From the IMG/VR virus record IMGVR_UViG_3300027708_000033, positions 63,238 to 127,237 of that record: DNA of 64,000 nucleotides, one strand, 5' to 3'. The DNA is from a virus. The position numbers were made by a program, and so were the translations under genes. Within the stretch, counting starts at the first letter, position 1; the number at the start of each line of letters is the position of its first letter. The notes beneath the pieces are model-generated. The model was not told where the DNA came from and made no database searches. It saw only the letters and a program-made list of their open reading frames with translations. This document shows positions 20,224 to 29,591 of the stretch, in pieces.

Positions 20224-20616
20224 TTAGTTTCTGTTTGATGTAACTGAATCGATACGACCGAATGGACGCCAACCTCGCAGGCGTGAACCACATGAGCAGT
20301 CTTCGCTTTTTCGGTATGCAACGTAAATCGGGCTAGATGAATCTCCAGGAATCGTCGTTAGTGTCGAGTCTGTAGAAACGTTTTTTGATAGCTGCGCAGT
20401 GGCTTGGTCATAAAGCTGGTTGAACACAACCAAAGGTCCTTCAGGCGAGTCAGTGGCAACGATAATACGTTCAGCAGTGACAATGACCCTTGACCTGTCA
20501 AGGCGGCGTGCATTTAGCACTGTCGCCGGGTTAGATGCTGTCAACTGGGACTCTTGAGTAGGTGCGACACTGGTCATTGAAACAACCGCTGGAAAGATGT
20601 CATGGATTATGTTCAC
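20224..20616 (-). CDS. Hypothetical protein
   Basis: 130-aa ORF coupled to neighbours; C-terminal CSCGSRLRGW. Confidence 0.6.
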   Translation of the reverse strand: MNIIHDIFPAVVSMTSVAPTQESQLTASNPATVLNARRLDRSRVIVTAERIIVATDSPEGPLVVFNQLYDQATAQLSKNVSTDSTLTTIPGDSSSPIYVAYRKSEDCSCGSRLRGWRPFGRIDSVTSNRN

Positions 20617-21161
20617 GGTCGAGTAGGACTCTTTCTCTTTGGCTGTGCAGATGGACGGCCAAGGCGACGTGCCATGGCGCGGTACGTGACACCGGCAGCG
20701 TTTGCCAGTTCGCGGATGGTTACTCCTGATGAGTACAGAGTCTTGCAGATGTGTGACATCTCACCATTCGCTAAAGCCGGCGAGGACATCGGTGCAACTC
20801 TAGCGCGATACCTTCTGGCGACAGGAGCCAACTCGGCGAGACGTTTACGGGCATCTTCAGGGATACCTGGAGAAACTCGCTTTGGTCTAGGAGCTTTCTG
20901 GTTTGCCCGTTCCTGGTAAGTTGGCGCCGTGACTGGAGAACTACTGTCAACGGTTGGCAACTGTGCCAAAACCCAGACGTGGACTGTGGACCGAGGCCTA
21001 GGCGGAGTCAATGACTCGCCGATGGTTTGAAGTGTCCAACCTTGCTGGTAAAGAACTGCGCATCGTTGGTGCAGCGTCTTGCCGGTAAGGGTGCGCAACA
21101 ACGCGACCTCATGCCCTGGAAGACTTTGCCCTCTCGCCGGGCGACGCTCTACGTTTGCCAT
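20613..21161 (-). CDS. Helix-turn-helix DNA-binding protein, probably leaderless start at 21161
   Basis: GWTLQTIGESL and GVTIRELANAAGVTYRAMARRL; TACAAT 6 nt before ATG. Confidence 0.65.
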   Translation of the reverse strand: MANVERRPARGQSLPGHEVALLRTLTGKTLHQRCAVLYQQGWTLQTIGESLTPPRPRSTVHVWVLAQLPTVDSSSPVTAPTYQERANQKAPRPKRVSPGIPEDARKRLAELAPVARRYRARVAPMSSPALANGEMSHICKTLYSSGVTIRELANAAGVTYRAMARRLGRPSAQPKRKSPTRP

Positions 21162-21167
21162 GACTTC

Positions 21168-21173
21168 ATTGTA
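21168..21173 (-). promoter_or_regulatory. -10 box TACAAT of leaderless promoter heading the head operon
   Basis: TACAAT-gaagtc-ATG, the actinobacterial leaderless geometry. Confidence 0.55.
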
Positions 21174-21446
21174 CACCTCGATTGGGAAGTGTACACGAGG
21201 CCGGAAGAAACTTGTACAGAAGGAAAAGATGATACCTTAGGGTCCACTGCTCTTGGAGTCCAGGAAGGAAGTGGGTGTATTGGGACCGCGACGGAAACGT
21301 TTCGGGAGAAAAAAGGACTAAAGAGATTTTTTTGTGCGAATTTCCGGAAAACATGATTTCTAGTTACGAGATGCGAAACGAAAACTAAGAGCGCGAGACA
21401 TCGCGAAGAAAAAGTTTGATGGAATTCTGACAGAGAAAAAAGTCTC

Positions 21447-21469
21447 GTCTAGTCTAGTCTAGTCTAGTC
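21447..21469. repeat. (GTCTA)n microsatellite in the divergent intergenic region
   Basis: gtctagtctagtctagtctagtc. Confidence 0.8.
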
Positions 21470-21589
21470 ATAGTCTCTTCTATGAAGTCTCGTTTTTGTC
21501 GCGTCCATGAAAGGTCATGAAACTATGAAAAGTGTTGACTAAAGATTTGTCAAAGAATCTGAGACTAAAAGACTCGAAAAAAAAGAATT

Positions 21590-21697
21590 ATAACGAATTG
21601 GTAACATTGAGCGAAATTGTACATTTTGCTTCAGTTTTGTGATAGAGTCATTACATCAAGAAAACTTGATAAAACGACGAAATGAAAAGAGAAAAAA
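21590..21697 (+). promoter_or_regulatory. Early promoter/leader cassette
   Basis: ATAACGAATTGGTAACA box, TGTACA, TTTGCTTCA, TAGAGT, ATCAAG-aaaa-CTTGAT hairpin, AAACGACGAA, SD. Confidence 0.7.
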
Positions 21698-21985
21698 ATG
21701 AACACAAGCGAAAACATCAAAGACAACGTCTTTTACAACTCAAACCCTAACTTGAACTCACGCGCAGTTGCATTGTGGTCAATGGGAAACGTCGACATCA
21801 ACGACATCGTCTGGTTGCATGGAATGAAGTATCGTGTTGTTGAAACTGAAGTCAGAATCCGTCGATTTGGAAAACTCTTCAAAAAGGGAATCAGAGTTGA
21901 ATGTGTCAAAACTGGTCTTGGTTTCGGTGACATTCTTACCAACGCAAACGAGAGTTCAGACTTCAACGCAATTTGGGTTAGTTAG
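21698..21985 (+). CDS. Small early hypothetical protein
   Basis: 95 aa between own promoter cassette and terminator. Confidence 0.7.
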   Translation: MNTSENIKDNVFYNSNPNLNSRAVALWSMGNVDINDIVWLHGMKYRVVETEVRIRRFGKLFKKGIRVECVKTGLGFGDILTNANESSDFNAIWVS

Positions 21986-22000
21986 TAACCGCAAAAGATT

Positions 22001-22033
22001 TTGCTCACTCGAAAGAGTGGGCAATTTCTTTTT
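22001..22033 (+). terminator. Intrinsic terminator
   Basis: TTGCTCACTC-GAAA-GAGTGGGCAA followed by T tract. Confidence 0.8.
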
Positions 22034-22127
22034 GTCCGCAAACTCGAAGAATTTTTTTGTCCGCAAACGTAAAGAATTTTTTTAGTCCGCAAACTTGACG
22101 AAGCCTCTCGAGCTCGTGTCCGCAAGA
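22034..22127. repeat. Tandem GTCCGCAAA repeats separated by A/T tracts
   Basis: GTCCGCAAAC at 22034, 22059, 22085; GTCCGCAAG at 22118. Confidence 0.75.
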
Positions 22128-22294
22128 AGAAGAAAAAAGATCGGTTCGCGTCTCGAAGAAAAAAAGTTAATCGAAGAATTCATCGAACTCATCGAACTCA
22201 TCTACCGCACCGAATCGACCTCTCGAACGAGACCGCGTTGACTCGACTTGAGTCCGCAATCAAAAAGCCGCAAAAAGACTAGAAAAAATTCTTT

Positions 22295-22402
22295 ATAACA
22301 AAATGGTAACATTGCGCGAAATTGGCAAAAACGCTTCAGTTTCGTGATAGAGTCATTACATCAAGCAAATGCTTGAAAACGACGAAACGAAAAGAGACAA
22401 TT
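22295..22402 (+). promoter_or_regulatory. Early promoter/leader cassette
   Basis: ATAACAAAATGGTAACA, CGCTTCA, TAGAGT, TCAAGC..GCTTGA hairpin, AAACGACGAA. Confidence 0.7.
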
Positions 22403-22648
22403 ATGAATACACAAAAATGGGCACTTCTAAAAGAATCAGACGGCAACCGCGGAGCAAACGGTAAGAAGAAGGTTTACGAAATTCTTGTTGAAGGTAACAA
22501 GGTTACTTTCAGTTGGGGAATGGCAGAAAAGACTTCACGTCAGAGTTCAGTAATCATCGCCGCAAACGAGAACGCAGCAATTTGGACCGCGAAGCAGAAA
22601 ATGTGGGACAAGGTTTCAACTGGTTACGTGGTTGCTTACGCGGTGTAA
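22403..22648 (+). CDS. WGR-domain-like protein (paralog 1)
   Basis: KKKVYEILVEGNKVTFSWGM..Q...A...K...GY pattern. Confidence 0.65.
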   Translation: MNTQKWALLKESDGNRGANGKKKVYEILVEGNKVTFSWGMAEKTSRQSSVIIAANENAAIWTAKQKMWDKVSTGYVVAYAV

Positions 22649-22660
22649 GTAATCTCACGA

Positions 22661-22694
22661 AAGTCGCTCACGGAAACGTGGGCGATTTTCTTTT
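22661..22694 (+). terminator. Intrinsic terminator
   Basis: TCGCTCACG-GAAA-CGTGGGCGA plus T tract. Confidence 0.8.
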
Positions 22695-22855
22695 GTCCGA
22701 ATGGATGCAAACTTTCGCTTCAATCTTCGCCGCGTCTACGCGCCTTCAGACGGCGAGATGATGCGCGATGGAGATTCGAGTCCGCAAGCAAAAACTCGTG
22801 AACTTCACCGCGAAAAAAGATTCAAAAAGATTTTGAAAAAGATTTGCGAATGTAG

Positions 22856-22927
22856 TGTACTTTGCTTCAATTACCCGCTATAATCGAATTATCAAGCACG
22901 CGCTTGAAAACGACGAAGGAGATTACG
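22856..22927 (+). promoter_or_regulatory. Early promoter/leader cassette
   Basis: TGTACT-17-TATAAT, TCAAGC..GCTTGA hairpin, AAACGACGAAGGAG. Confidence 0.75.
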
Positions 22928-23221
22928 ATGACTGAAAACGAAATTAAATGCCACGGTTTTGGTGCGCACAATCAGTACGAAATGAACATGAAAAGAAACT
23001 ACAAAAACAACTTTGAAACTTGGTGCGAACATTGCGCGAAGGCGATGGACGAGACCGCAGGTTGGTTAGTTCGCTGGAATTGGAAAACTGATTCTCTAGT
23101 TCCATTCGAAAACGAGCAAGCAGACACCCAAATAAAAAGACTCGGAAACGAATGTGTAAAGAGGTTTCTAAGTTCGAAGGAAGAATACGAGTTCTTCGCG
23201 AAGCGAGCCGGCGAAGTTTAA
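22928..23221 (+). CDS. Small early protein with CxxC motif
   Basis: Start after SD GGAG; WCEHC..LGNEC. Confidence 0.7.
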   Translation: MTENEIKCHGFGAHNQYEMNMKRNYKNNFETWCEHCAKAMDETAGWLVRWNWKTDSLVPFENEQADTQIKRLGNECVKRFLSSKEEYEFFAKRAGEV

Positions 23222-23240
23222 AGTCGACCGCAAAAGGATT

Positions 23241-23269
23241 TCGCCTGCGAAAGCGGGCGATTTCTTTTT
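23241..23269 (+). terminator. Intrinsic terminator
   Basis: TCGCCTGC-GAAA-GCGGGCGA plus T tract. Confidence 0.8.
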
Positions 23270-23288
23270 ATCCGGAAAGAGATTTTTC

Positions 23289-23397
23289 GGTAACAGAACC
23301 GTTATAAATAATTTTAGCGAAATGGTGTATTTGCTTCAGTTTTTGCTGTATAATTGAACTATCAAGAAAACTTGATAAAACGACGAAGGAGATTCAC
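23289..23397 (+). promoter_or_regulatory. Early promoter/leader cassette
   Basis: GGTAAC..GTTATA variant box, TGTATT-17-TATAAT, ATCAAG-aaaa-CTTGAT, AAACGACGAAGGAG. Confidence 0.75.
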
Positions 23398-23658
23398 ATG
23401 GACGTAAACGTAAAAGCAAACTCAAAAGCCGTAGCAGTAATCCGCGAGCTATCTGGACAGGACGCTTGTCACCGCGTAGGTTGCAGCGACTTGCAGAAGG
23501 CAAGAAAATTCAGCGATGTCTACTATGAAGAAACTGACTTAGCAACCGCAGAAGCAAACTTCAACGAAGACCTAGGTGAAGATGCTGGTTACGACGACCC
23601 TTGGATTTGGTCAAGAGACGTGAAAGTTTATCCTTGCACTCTTGAAGTAAACAAGTAG
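23398..23658 (+). CDS. Small early hypothetical protein
   Basis: 86 aa, HRVGCSD..YPC pattern. Confidence 0.7.
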   Translation: MDVNVKANSKAVAVIRELSGQDACHRVGCSDLQKARKFSDVYYEETDLATAEANFNEDLGEDAGYDDPWIWSRDVKVYPCTLEVNK

Positions 23659-23665
23659 TCACCGC

Positions 23666-23702
23666 AAAGAAAGCCTCCTCGAAAGGGGAGGTTTTCTTTT
23701 TT
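23666..23702. terminator. Bidirectional terminator between the + island and terL
   Basis: AAAGAAAGCCTCCTC-GAAA-GGGGAGGTTTTCTTTT. Confidence 0.8.
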
Positions 23703-25116
23703 AACGGGTTCGGAAGATTCCTCCACCACCGTTTTTATTTCCGCCTCCTCGACCTAAGTCGACTCGACGATGACTAGGAGATTTTGCCGTAATTTTTCCT
23801 CCAGAGAATCCCGCAGGAGGTTTGATGAGAAGCGCGGTCAATGCGTGAACGAGAGCATCGATTCGGTCAGGAGATTTTCCTTCGCCTGGAATCCAAGAAT
23901 ACATTTGCGATTCTAAGTTCACGTGATAGCCGATGTGATGTACGCGACCTTGCTGATACGCGAGCGTAATTGGTTCTGCGCGTAACGCTTTTCCGTACTT
24001 CGAATGAACTTCGAGGACCGTAACAGAAGGGTCGATTTGGTGAATTGCATTCTTCACCAACGCGCCTCCCTGATTTACTTCGGCGACAACCGGACATCCC
24101 CATTTCCTTGCCATGTCCACAACCTTTTGCGCCCAAACAGTCGGAGACCCGTGTATGGATGCATCTTCTAAGACCCATGCTTGACGCTTGTACAAGTCGC
24201 CTTCGGCCGTGGAAGAAACTACAACGATTCCGCACTCGTCTTTTGGATTTTCAGCAACCGAGGGGTCGACACCGATTAGGCGCAAAGGTGTGTGCGGGGG
24301 ATACGCCATTTGCCTAGATGCCTCAATAATTTCTTCGGTCCACATTGCGCCGTCAACGTCGCTCAACATTTCACCGTAAAGTTCTTGTCTAGCTAAAACT
24401 GTTCCATCATAGATTCCTAGCATAGTATCCAAGTAAGCGCTAGAAAGATTTCCAGAGTTGTCGAGCGTCGAGCCGCGAGTAACTTTTACAATGTCGCCTT
24501 TTTCAGATTCTTTGAGAAGAGAATACAGAATTGGCACGCGCTTAGGCGTTGTAGTTACCAATAGTTTTGGATGAGAGCCGAGACGAGTACCTACTCGCAA
24601 GTTGTCCCAAGCTGTCATTCCCGCAGCATCAGGAGTTTGTCTCCAAGCCGCAATCTCATCTCCCCAAGCGTGAGTGAATTGTGGACCACGTAGAGAGTCT
24701 GGTTCATCGGCGGTGAATAGTGTTGCAGTATTTCCATTTGGCCATGTCAAACGCCGCTTAGACGGTTCGTAATGAGGTCTTTCGGACGGCGGAGTAACGT
24801 TCAAGATTCCTGATTCACCCTCGACGATAACGTCACGAACGTCGGCCGCGGTACGAGCGACCAACGCAAAACGCCTTTGACCGGTGGTTGTGTACTTTGC
24901 TTCCTCTCGAACCCATTCAGATGCGAGCCTGGTTTTTCCAAACCCACGGCCTGCGAGTACTAGCCAAACGTTCCAGTCACCGAGAGGTGCTTGCTGCTCT
25001 GGACGGCCCCAGACAGACCAATCCCAAAGCAGAGATTCCGGGTCCATTCCAGAAAGAAGAATGTTTCTCTCTTCTTCAGGTAAAAGGGCTAATTGCTCCA
25101 TTATGCTTTTAGCCAT
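23701..25116 (-). CDS. terL: Terminase large subunit
   Basis: AGRGFGKT Walker A, WGDEIAAW Walker B, VTTTP, GVDP and SPDRIDA nuclease motifs. Confidence 0.93.
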   Translation of the reverse strand: MAKSIMEQLALLPEEERNILLSGMDPESLLWDWSVWGRPEQQAPLGDWNVWLVLAGRGFGKTRLASEWVREEAKYTTTGQRRFALVARTAADVRDVIVEGESGILNVTPPSERPHYEPSKRRLTWPNGNTATLFTADEPDSLRGPQFTHAWGDEIAAWRQTPDAAGMTAWDNLRVGTRLGSHPKLLVTTTPKRVPILYSLLKESEKGDIVKVTRGSTLDNSGNLSSAYLDTMLGIYDGTVLARQELYGEMLSDVDGAMWTEEIIEASRQMAYPPHTPLRLIGVDPSVAENPKDECGIVVVSSTAEGDLYKRQAWVLEDASIHGSPTVWAQKVVDMARKWGCPVVAEVNQGGALVKNAIHQIDPSVTVLEVHSKYGKALRAEPITLAYQQGRVHHIGYHVNLESQMYSWIPGEGKSPDRIDALVHALTALLIKPPAGFSGGKITAKSPSHRRVDLGRGGGNKNGGGGIFRTR

Positions 25117-25220
25117 CTGAACTCCTGTTTCTATTTCGTCTCATTGTCATCCTACACTAGGCCGCGTATCAGGGAAAAGATAAACGCCCGCAATCCTGCA
25201 GGCGCTTTCTTTTTGTTAGA

Positions 25221-25733
25221 CTAAACGATTGCTCTTACGTTGATGTCTCCGGTGAAGAGAAGCGTAAAGGTTTCTGCGTCTACCGTTCCATCACCATTTA
25301 GATTGTTCTCGGCTTGGAACTTTGCAACAGCTGATTTGGTCATGTCGCCGTAGTATCCATCTTTATCGGCGGCCGCTTCCACGTAACCTAGTTCTGCTAG
25401 GCGTCGTTGCATGTGATGAACGCTTAGGCTCTTACGAGCGTAAAGGTTTTTGTAAACGATTTTGTCTAGGTAGACTTCGTCAACAAGTCCGTAACCTACA
25501 ACCGCGGGACCCGCAGGAGTTGGTGCCAGTTCTTCAATGTCCGCAGTCGTTACTGAGACGGGGGTTGCGTATTTCTGTTCCTGCTTCACAAGGGCTGGTT
25601 TTGCAGGCGCCGGTTTTGGAGGTTCAGGAGGTTCGATTGGTTCTTGAACTTCTTTGACTTCTTCGACTTCTTTGACTTCTTCGATTACGGGTTCCGCAAC
25701 GATTTTTTCTGGTTCTAGGTTTTCTTCACTCAT
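25221..25733 (-). CDS. Peptidoglycan-binding domain protein
   Basis: VHHMQRRLAELGY..DGYYGDMTKSAVAKFQAENNLNGDGTVD..T. Confidence 0.8.
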   Translation of the reverse strand: MSEENLEPEKIVAEPVIEEVKEVEEVKEVQEPIEPPEPPKPAPAKPALVKQEQKYATPVSVTTADIEELAPTPAGPAVVGYGLVDEVYLDKIVYKNLYARKSLSVHHMQRRLAELGYVEAAADKDGYYGDMTKSAVAKFQAENNLNGDGTVDAETFTLLFTGDINVRAIV

Positions 25734-25738
25734 GGTGA

Positions 25739-26386
25739 TTATCTTACTTTCTGCTTTGGTTGGTGAGTTACGATTCCAGGGTAATTGTACGATGACCGCT
25801 TATAGGGATTCACGGTCCAAGCGGACCAGTTGGTTCCCTTCCTGGACATCATAAAGGCAATCTTGCTGTTTGTTACAGGGTTAAACAAGTCTCTTACTGA
25901 TTTTAGTTTGTATTTCTTCAACCTATCGGATTTCATTTCTCCGGACATGTTGATTTGGAAGAGGCCGTAACAACCTGAACTATTTAAGGACTTCGGTCTT
26001 CCAGTTGATTCACCTTTTGCAACTATCCAAGCGAGGCGGTGTTCTTTTCCTCTGAACCCAACTTCATACAGCAAATACGATAGCTCACGGTCCGTTAGCA
26101 TCTTTTTGCTCGTGTACCATTTCATCGGTGTAGGTTTTATCAACGATGTAAGAGTCTTTACTGATTTTGGCTTTGCAACCTTCAACGGGCCTGGAGCTTG
26201 AACTACTCGCATAGGTTTTGCAATAAGTTCAGGCTTCAGGTTTTCCGTCGGCAAAGGCGGTGGATTTAGCAGGCAAATACCAATAAAGAACGCTAGTATT
26301 CGCCTAATGCTTCGGTTCGTACTCATCCGCAAGCTCTTCGAGGAAACTTTCTCTAGCCCAACGTTTTTTCGCTGCCTCGTCTTCAA
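25739..26386 (-). CDS. Lytic transglycosylase (SLT/lysozyme-like) with N-terminal anchor; true start probably near 26326
   Basis: AKGES..GCYGLFQIN..LFNPVTN..IA..NWSAW. Confidence 0.75.
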   Translation of the reverse strand: MKTRQRKNVGLEKVSSKSLRMSTNRSIRRILAFFIGICLLNPPPLPTENLKPELIAKPMRVVQAPGPLKVAKPKSVKTLTSLIKPTPMKWYTSKKMLTDRELSYLLYEVGFRGKEHRLAWIVAKGESTGRPKSLNSSGCYGLFQINMSGEMKSDRLKKYKLKSVRDLFNPVTNSKIAFMMSRKGTNWSAWTVNPYKRSSYNYPGIVTHQPKQKVR

Positions 26387-26696
26387 CCATGTGCATGATT
26401 TCCCAGACCTGATGAAGTGCGTCTACGAATCTACGACCTCTGGTTTTTGTGACTCTGTTTTTGAAGTTGTCGTAATCCGCAACGGAGATTGCGTTCTCCA
26501 TGAATCCGTAAAGGTCTTGCTTGTGAACTACTGTTCTCCAAGAGTAGTCAGCATTTGGTGAGTACTCGATTTCGGTTTGAGACATGAGCGCTAACTCTTC
26601 TAGAGATTGCTTGTCTCGCGCTCGAACCATCATGAATCTTTGGTCTTCGCGATGTGCAACCGCGCTAATGAATCCTGTTTCAGTGAATATCCACAT
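26304..26696 (-). CDS. Phage hypothetical protein
   Basis: MWIFTETGFISAV..VRAR..DYSWR..DYDNFK; SD AAGGAG. Confidence 0.7.
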   Translation of the reverse strand: MWIFTETGFISAVAHREDQRFMMVRARDKQSLEELALMSQTEIEYSPNADYSWRTVVHKQDLYGFMENAISVADYDNFKNRVTKTRGRRFVDALHQVWEIMHMVEDEAAKKRWARESFLEELADEYEPKH

Positions 26697-26790
26697 AAGG
26701 CATCACTCCTTTTCTATTTTTGTCATTTGTCATTTGTGAAACTGGAAAGCGGAGGAGATTTTCCCCCGCCTTCCGAAGTTGCTTTCACAA

Positions 26791-27396
26791 CTACATTTTG
26801 AATCCAAACTCTTTGCGGCATCTTGGACCGAGCTTTAGGTCTCGGCTGATTTGGTCAGTCAACTCCGCACCGCACTTGCCACAGCATTTGTGAACTTCAC
26901 CAAAAAGCTGAGTGTACTTTAGAGGGTCTTTCTTCACCAAGTTGATTACCAATTCGGTGTCCTTGAAGCTAAGCTTCGAGCGGTTGAAGTTTCCAGGAGC
27001 TCCGTGTAGTCGACGCATGTAAAGAACGTTCATGTATTCACGAACTTCGATAAACAAGATGTCTCCGTTTACCTTCTCGTCGATTGCTAGGTCGATTTCG
27101 TCCATCGGAACCGCGTACTTAGCTTTTGGAACTTCAGCTAGAAGGATTTGCATCTTGCCAACTGGAGATGGAGTTGCAGTTGAAGTTACTGAAGTTACTA
27201 GTGGCTTTGCAACGATAAGTTCGTCGATAAGCTTAGAAGCTTCCTTCTTGTCAAGCTGCTTGTCCGCAATCTTTGCTAGAACGGTTTTTGCGTTTGCCGT
27301 CTCGGTAAGGTTCTTCTTCTCGATTAGGTCTTGGATAAATTGAATCTGTTTTGGTGAAGCTTCAAAGAAAGTTGTAATCGTCATTTTTGCCTTCAT
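26791..27396 (-). CDS. DUF6011-like zinc-ribbon protein
   Basis: CCGKCGAELTD.ISR..LGPRC; N-terminal ASPKQ..I..L..EASKLIDEL. Confidence 0.7.
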   Translation of the reverse strand: MKAKMTITTFFEASPKQIQFIQDLIEKKNLTETANAKTVLAKIADKQLDKKEASKLIDELIVAKPLVTSVTSTATPSPVGKMQILLAEVPKAKYAVPMDEIDLAIDEKVNGDILFIEVREYMNVLYMRRLHGAPGNFNRSKLSFKDTELVINLVKKDPLKYTQLFGEVHKCCGKCGAELTDQISRDLKLGPRCRKEFGFKM

Positions 27397-27663
27397 TCTT
27401 GAGGGTTTTCGTTTACCTCATGTATCTATTATACAGTGTTTTCTGCAGAATGTACACTTCATTTGCACATTTTTTATAACTTTTTTGGATTTCTTTTTAC
27501 GCGCGGTTTGCTAGCAAAGCCATAGTCACGGCCGCTAAGCCAAAAGAGACGGCGGCAGAAATAGCGTTAGGCAGGAAGATTCCAACCAAGATAGAAGCCA
27601 CGGCGAAGACCGCAGCTAGGACCGCAGGCCAAATTAGTTCGCGTAGACGGGCAAGTAGTAATC

Positions 27664-27867
27664 TCATTTTTTCTCCTTAGGGTGGACGACGCCCAGTAAT
27701 GGACGGACGTGGTGTTCTTCATCAAAGTAAGGTTCAGTATCATCATAGTACTCAAGTTCATTGAAGTTACTAAAAGCGGCCTCTAAAAGAGTAACTACTA
27801 TAAATGCCGCAATTACGACGGCAATCAGAACTACTAATCCTAAAACTATTATAAATACTGGTTCCAT
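27664..27867 (-). CDS. Small membrane protein
   Basis: N-terminal hydrophobic helix, acidic tail. Confidence 0.55.
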   Translation of the reverse strand: MEPVFIIVLGLVVLIAVVIAAFIVVTLLEAAFSNFNELEYYDDTEPYFDEEHHVRPLLGVVHPKEKK

Positions 27868-27869
27868 TT

Positions 27870-28142
27870 TTACTCTCCCTCTTCGCCTTGCCAAAGTTCA
27901 GGTCGAAGTTCATCGTCGAATCTGTCACCGCGATAGGAGTTTGAGCCGAAAGCAATGTCTTCATTCTGTATCAACTTATCAAGAGAAAGAACGGCTGTGT
28001 GGTAACGTTCCTCAAACATGATGACGAGTTTAACATCGCCATCGTTCGGGTCGTCGACTAGCGCAACTTTGAACGGCGCGCCTCCAACTCCGTTTCGGTG
28101 AAAGTCTGCGTTTAGGATTTGTAAGTTCTTTAGGTCACTCAT
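27870..28142 (-). CDS. Hypothetical protein
   Basis: HRNGVGGAPF..NSYRGD; coupled ORF. Confidence 0.65.
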   Translation of the reverse strand: MSDLKNLQILNADFHRNGVGGAPFKVALVDDPNDGDVKLVIMFEERYHTAVLSLDKLIQNEDIAFGSNSYRGDRFDDELRPELWQGEEGE

Positions 28143-28393
28143 TAGTCATCATACCGATCGTCGTCTCGGTCCGCTTCGTAATCGTCTCGGTCGTCTGATA
28201 GAGAACTCTCTCGGTAAGTCGAACCGCAGAACTCGCACTCGATTGCGTAGTTTCCCCAGTCATCGGTCGCTGTTTCTCCTGCTGGATTTGTCTTGCCGCA
28301 TTCTTCGTTCTCGCACTCGAACTCATCGTAACCTACTTCCTGTGAGTAGATTCCTGAACCTCGCATCGAGCCTTCTGGATAGTTATCAGACAT
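28142..28393 (-). CDS. Acidic zinc-ribbon protein
   Basis: CENEEC..CEFC; coupled ORF. Confidence 0.6.
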   Translation of the reverse strand: MSDNYPEGSMRGSGIYSQEVGYDEFECENEECGKTNPAGETATDDWGNYAIECEFCGSTYRESSLSDDRDDYEADRDDDRYDD

Positions 28394-28581
28394 TAGCCAC
28401 CACACTTAGGTAGGTGTTGCTCGATGATTGCTTCGTCTCTAACACGACCGCACTTTGGACAGGCGATTTCTTTTCCTGTCAGAGTGATTTCCTTTACCGC
28501 AGGTCTGTCGTATCCTCCGAGTCCTTTGGACTCCCAGAAGATTTCTTTGACGTATTCTTTTTCGTCTTCGTAATCGTACAT
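28393..28581 (-). CDS. Small zinc-finger protein
   Basis: CPKC..H..C; SD GGAG. Confidence 0.6.
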   Translation of the reverse strand: MYDYEDEKEYVKEIFWESKGLGGYDRPAVKEITLTGKEIACPKCGRVRDEAIIEQHLPKCGG

Positions 28582-28589
28582 AGTTTCTC

Positions 28590-28781
28590 CTATTCCCAGC
28601 TATAACCGTTGTTGATGTACATTCTCGCGTACTTTATTGCCTCGCGGAAGTCTTTGTTGGTTCCGTTCGACCAACTAGAAACTAGCGCCTCTTTGTCAAT
28701 TACTTCGAGAATGATTTTTGCCTCAGCCTCGTCGCACTTTCCAAGCTTTGTAATTGTTTCGATGAAGAATTTTCCTGCCAT
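28590..28781 (-). CDS. Hypothetical protein
   Basis: Follows promoter cassette. Confidence 0.65.
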   Translation of the reverse strand: MAGKFFIETITKLGKCDEAEAKIILEVIDKEALVSSWSNGTNKDFREAIKYARMYINNGYSWE

Positions 28782-28888
28782 CGTGTGTCCTTTCGTCGTT
28801 TGTGGTTTTTACCACATAATTATTATACAGTGTAATGAAGCAAATGTACACTATTTGTGGAAGATTTTTATAAGATTTCGGTAACATT

Positions 28889-29107
28889 CTAAGTATTCTG
28901 AAGTTCACCGCGAATCAGTAATTCTCCCATTACTCGTATCCGTATCTTGTTCAGTTCTTTAGAGCCGCGTCCAAAGTCCGCCAGTTCAATCGCATCATAG
29001 AGTTCTTTGAGCTGAAGAGTCGTGAATCCTCTGATGTTCCAACCTTGAGAGTTTTCTACATTGAGAACGGTCAACACGAGTTCTCGCGCCTTTAGCTTCG
29101 GTGTCAT
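28889..29107 (-). CDS. Hypothetical protein
   Basis: SD GGAGG. Confidence 0.55.
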   Translation of the reverse strand: MTPKLKARELVLTVLNVENSQGWNIRGFTTLQLKELYDAIELADFGRGSKELNKIRIRVMGELLIRGELQNT

Positions 29108-29169
29108 TGCATTTCCTCCAGAGGTTTGATAGAAAAATACTATCTCGCCTCTGGAGGTTTTGTATGCAA

Positions 29170-29430
29170 CTAGATTAGAGCTGGAACTTTTACCCCAATG
29201 AACTCGCTAGCTAGAAGGTAAGACTTTGTTCCACCTTCTGCTTTCCAGTCGTAGCCGAAGCCTTCTACCTTTGTAATCCAGTCTGGACGGGCGTTTTCCT
29301 GGTGCCAAGTTACGAACCCTTGGAACCTTTCGTAGCCGTAAGCTTCGTAAACTGGTTTTACTTCCGCACCGGTGTGAATGTTTGTGCTGGTAACTACTAC
29401 TGTTGCAATGTCTTTTACTGTTAGGTTCAT
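29170..29430 (-). CDS. Hypothetical protein
   Basis: Start after AAACGACAAAAGGAG. Confidence 0.65.
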   Translation of the reverse strand: MNLTVKDIATVVVTSTNIHTGAEVKPVYEAYGYERFQGFVTWHQENARPDWITKVEGFGYDWKAEGGTKSYLLASEFIGVKVPALI

Positions 29431-29591
29431 GTGAACTCCTTTTGTCGTTTGCCAGATTTTCCTGGTAATACTATTATAGCACATTGCTGAAGCAAAAGTA
29501 CACATTTCCAAAAGATTTATGAAAAAGTTTCTGCGCCGCGTAAAGAAGAATGCCGCCAACTACTTTCGCAGCTGACGGCACTCGACTTTGT

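Noticed and set aside
23701-25116. Intein or intron in terL
   Set aside because: Normal length with contiguous motifs and no splicing signatures
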